Shown piece after piece: positions 61,287-64,000 of a stretch of 64,000 bases of DNA. Below the pieces are notes generated by a model. The model ran no database searches, was not told the origin of the DNA, and saw nothing but the letters and a program-made list of their open reading frames with translations. The position numbers and the translations under genes were made by a program. The stretch lies in assembly GCF_963921235.1 (NCBI RefSeq), contig NC_086109.1, positions 4,714,001 to 4,778,000 on the forward strand, read 5' to 3'. Every line of letters begins with the position of its first letter. Position 1 is the first letter of the stretch. The stretch comes from Mobula hypostoma (lineage: Eukaryota).

Positions 61287-63018
61287 CTAAAGGGGAAAGA
61301 AATAGAATCACGGTCAAATTCAGAACAGTTTTATAAGAAAATCTCTTGAGCCCAAATTAGATGCTCAGTTGGTGTACTTAGAATGATGATACTTGTAGGT
61401 AACAAAGTGGAAAGAAACATAATTATTCAAACATCTCAGAAAGCAACAGCTTTGCAACAATACTCCATTAACCATTGCAAGTGAAGTAAACACAGAAATG
61501 GTTGGTAAAACTCAGCGGGTCAAGCAATATCTGAGGAGGAAGAAAGTTAATTTTTCAGCTCAAAGACCTTTCATCAGAACGCACTGTTACTCAAGTTCAG
61601 TAATCACCTTGCTGTAGATGACCAAGATTGTGGGCAGACTCTGTTTGTGTTTAGCTATCCTCCACTCAGAAGCAAGTCGCCTCGGGTTCAGCACAAGAAA
61701 TTGCCACAATTTGTGTTCTTGGTTTGGCCACACAGACTGGTTTCTAACCATATCGGCTCAGTTCTGTCTGCAGCAAGTCAAGTTTCCTGCCTCACTCAAA
61801 CCCACTGGCTGATGGTGCGATCAATAATTCTACTGTAGCACATGTACTGATCAGTGATATGAAAGGAATTTTGGGTGTGACATGATCTGAAATAGTTTGA
61901 GAACATTTGCTGTAAAATGCAAATCAAATAACAATCCAACATTACAACAATTCCACCTTTATTTCTCCTCCACTGCTCTTGTCTAAGCTGCTGGTGAATT
62001 CCAACACTCACTACTTTATACCAAGTACAGTTCTCATCTTTTTTTCCTCAAGCAAGGTCCTCGATGCAGAGTTGACAGGTTTCATTTCTTTTTCCACAGA
62101 TGCTGCTTGACTGGCTGAGATCTTCCAGTGTTTGTATTTTTGTTGCAGATTCCTGCATCTGCAGTTTCCTTCCTCACTCAACGTGTTCTGGTTGATGTCT
62201 GGCAAAGAGATCTGGACCTTTGAGTCCCGAATACAGACAAGAAACAGAGGTCCTTCATGGTCAGTATGGACATAGGAGGGTTAAAGGTTTCTTTCTGTAC
62301 CGTACAACTAAACAGATGTGTAGTGGAGAGTGTATCGACTAGCTGCATCAAAATCTGGTATGGAAAAACCAATACCTTTGAATGCAACTTACTACAAAAG
62401 GTGCTAGATTCAGCCCAGTATATCACAGCCATATCCCTCCCAGCTATTGAGCACATCTACATGAAATAGGTAGGAAAGCAGCATCCATCATCAGAGATCC
62501 CCACCACCTAGGCCAAGCTCTTTTCTCGCTGCTGCCATCAGATAGAAGGTACAAGAGCCTCAGGACCCGCACCAGCAGGATCAAGAACAGTACTATCCCT
62601 CAACATCAGGCTCTTGAATAAAAGGGGATAATGACACTCACTAGCCCATCCATTGAGATGTTCCCACAATCAATGATCTCACTTTAAGGAAGTTTGTTGT
62701 CTTCTGCACTCTGGTTGATCTTTCATTGATCCTGTTATAGTTACTATTCTATAGATTAGCTGAGTATGCCCACAAGAAAATGCATCTCAGTGTTGTATAT
62801 GCTGACGTACATGTACTTTGAACTTTACACCCAAAGGCAGATGGCTTGCTGGGTGGTGCTGCTGACTGGGCCGGAATGGAACATCCCACACTGTATCTGA
62901 AGGGGTATGAGCCAAGTAGCACTTGTTGGGGAGCAGCCTTGGTTGGCAGGGATGGGTTGGGACAAAGAGACAATTTTAATGTTGTACAACTTTATAACTC
63001 GTATTTGGTATTCTCCAA

Positions 63019-64000
63019 AGGAAGAGCCAAAGAGTGGTAGTAGAGAATTGCTTCTCCGAGTGGAGGCCTGTGACTAGTGGTGTGCCACAGGGATCAGTGC
63101 TGGGTCCATTGTTATTTGTCATCTATATCAATGATCTGGATGATAATGTGGTAAATTGGATCAGCAAATTTGCTGATGATACAAAGATTGGAGGTGTAGT
63201 AGACAGTGAGGGCAGCTGGAAAAATGGGCTGAAAAATGGCAGATGGAGTTTAATACAGACAAGTGTGAGGTATTGCACGTTGGAAGGACAAACCAAGGTA
63301 GAACATACAGGGTTAATGGTAAGGCACTGAGGAGTGCAGTGGAACAGAGGGATCTGGGAATACAGATACAAAATTCCCCAAAAGTGTCGTCACAGGTAGA
63401 TAGGGTCGTAAAGAGAGCTTTTGGTACATTGGCCTTTATTAATCAAAGTATTGAGTATAAGAGCTGGAATGTTATGATGAGGTTGTATAAGGCATTGGTG
63501 AGGCCGAATCTGGAGTATTGTGTTCAGTTTTGGTCACCAAATTACAGGAAGGATATAAATAAGGTTGAAAGAGTGCAGAGAAGGTTTACAAGGATGTTGC
63601 CGGGGTTTGAGAAACTCAGTTACAGAGAAAGATTGAATAGGTTAGGACTTTATTCCCTGGAGCATAGAAGAATGAGGGGAGATTTGATAGAGGTATATAA
63701 AATTATGATGGGTATAGATAGAGTGAATGCAAGCAGGCTTTTTCCACTGAGGCAAGGGGAGAAAAAAACCAGAGGACATGGGTTAAGGCTGAGGGGGGGA
63801 AAGTTTAAAGGGAACATTGGGGGGGGGCTTCTTCACAGAGAGAGTGGTGGGAGTATGGAATGAGCTGCCAGACGAGGTGGTAAATGCAGGTTCTTTTTTT
63901 AACATTTAAGAATAAATTGGACAGATACATGGATGGGAGGTGTACGGAGGGATATGGTCCGTGTGCAGGTCAGTGGGACTAGGCAGAAAATGGTTCGGCA
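63019..64000 (+). mobile_element. 5'-truncated young CR1, nearly identical to 48616-49630
   Basis: [11 protein letters not shown] and KFADDTK motifs; roughly 30-bp deletion near 63210; runs to the window edge. Confidence 0.93.

Overview
Eukaryotic, repeat-dense vertebrate DNA, most likely a cartilaginous fish (inferred from the repeat content). Two tandem minus-strand genes of the regulators-of-complement-activation (RCA; CD55/CD46/C4BP-like) type cross the window. Gene A has a signal-peptide exon (30051-30105), CCP1 (24867-25058), a split CCP2 (13567-13663 and 7941-8014) and CCP3 (955-1140), and continues off the left edge. Gene B contributes only its 3' end: Ser/Thr/Asn-rich micro-exons (61254-61286, 60614-60646, 60321-60371, 57551-57574) and a GPI-signal-like last exon (42434-42498). 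The rest is mostly mobile DNA: an intact full-length L1, a rearranged L1 half-copy, several CR1s, a SCAN-bearing Gmr1-like Gypsy element in a four-layer nest, inverted Penelope-like pairs, Rex1/Babar fragments, Tc1 and hAT derivatives. Three kinds of ribozyme-like RNA motif can be read in the retroelement ends: minimal hammerheads in Penelope termini, an HDV-like fold at the 5' end of an RTE-like short element, and (most unusual) a hammerhead-like core in a non-standard strand order, with covarying stems, in the 3' UTRs of two different restriction-like-endonuclease LINE remnants. All folds were read by eye and are untested.
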